Source of the DNA: Azolla caroliniana
Taxonomy: Eukaryota > Plantae > Polypodiophyta
Reading direction: 5' to 3'
Length of the DNA stretch: 7,475 nt
Assembly (NCBI GenBank): GCA_043228905.1
Contig: JBHGNT010001488.1
Location: 1 to 7,475 of the forward strand
Shown: piece by piece, positions 7,346-7,475 of the stretch
Position numbering within the stretch: position 1 is the stretch's first letter
Layout: every line of letters begins with the position of its first letter
Position numbers and translations under genes: made by a program
The notes under the pieces: generated by a model
What the model was told of the DNA's origin: nothing
The model's input: only the letters and a program-made list of their open reading frames with translations
Database searches by the model: none

Positions 7346-7475
7346 GGTCGGCTCAAGGGTTGATGATTGGGTGTCTAATATCTTTGGTCCTCAGTTCTGA
7401 TTACTTTCCTTCCATCTATTTCATTGATATGAACTTGCAATGTGATAATCTATGCTCCGAACCAAGGTAGCAGCA

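Noticed and set aside
1-7475. Prokaryotic systems (CRISPR array, defence operon) or tRNA/rRNA genes
   Set aside because: The window is an intron-containing plant locus with no regularly spaced repeat-spacer array and no recognisable structural RNA gene.

Overview
Eukaryotic, AT-rich land-plant genomic DNA. The main feature is a complete, apparently intact nine-exon minus-strand gene (ATG at 5667, TGA ending at 1673; 1158 nt spliced CDS, 385 aa). It encodes an exonuclease III/AP endonuclease of the plant APE1L subfamily. All eight introns have GT-AG ends, the exon phases are compatible, and the catalytic motifs are present (WNANS, QE, NTY, GDLN, RIDY, SDH). Upstream of the gene are a ~123-bp-period tandem duplication (5977-6212) and a decayed Ty3/gypsy gag relic (6433-6897, with two in-frame stops and a frameshifted LxQG motif). 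A short plant telomeric repeat lies at 7330-7345. An 81-bp-arm inverted repeat lies downstream (121-345), and weaker foldback structures lie in introns 1 and 2. I cannot support a new biological system from this window. The most interesting leads are the gag relic, the hairpin, and the TE/repeat arrangement in the promoter of a DNA-demethylation-pathway gene. All homology calls come from recalled family motifs, not database searches.
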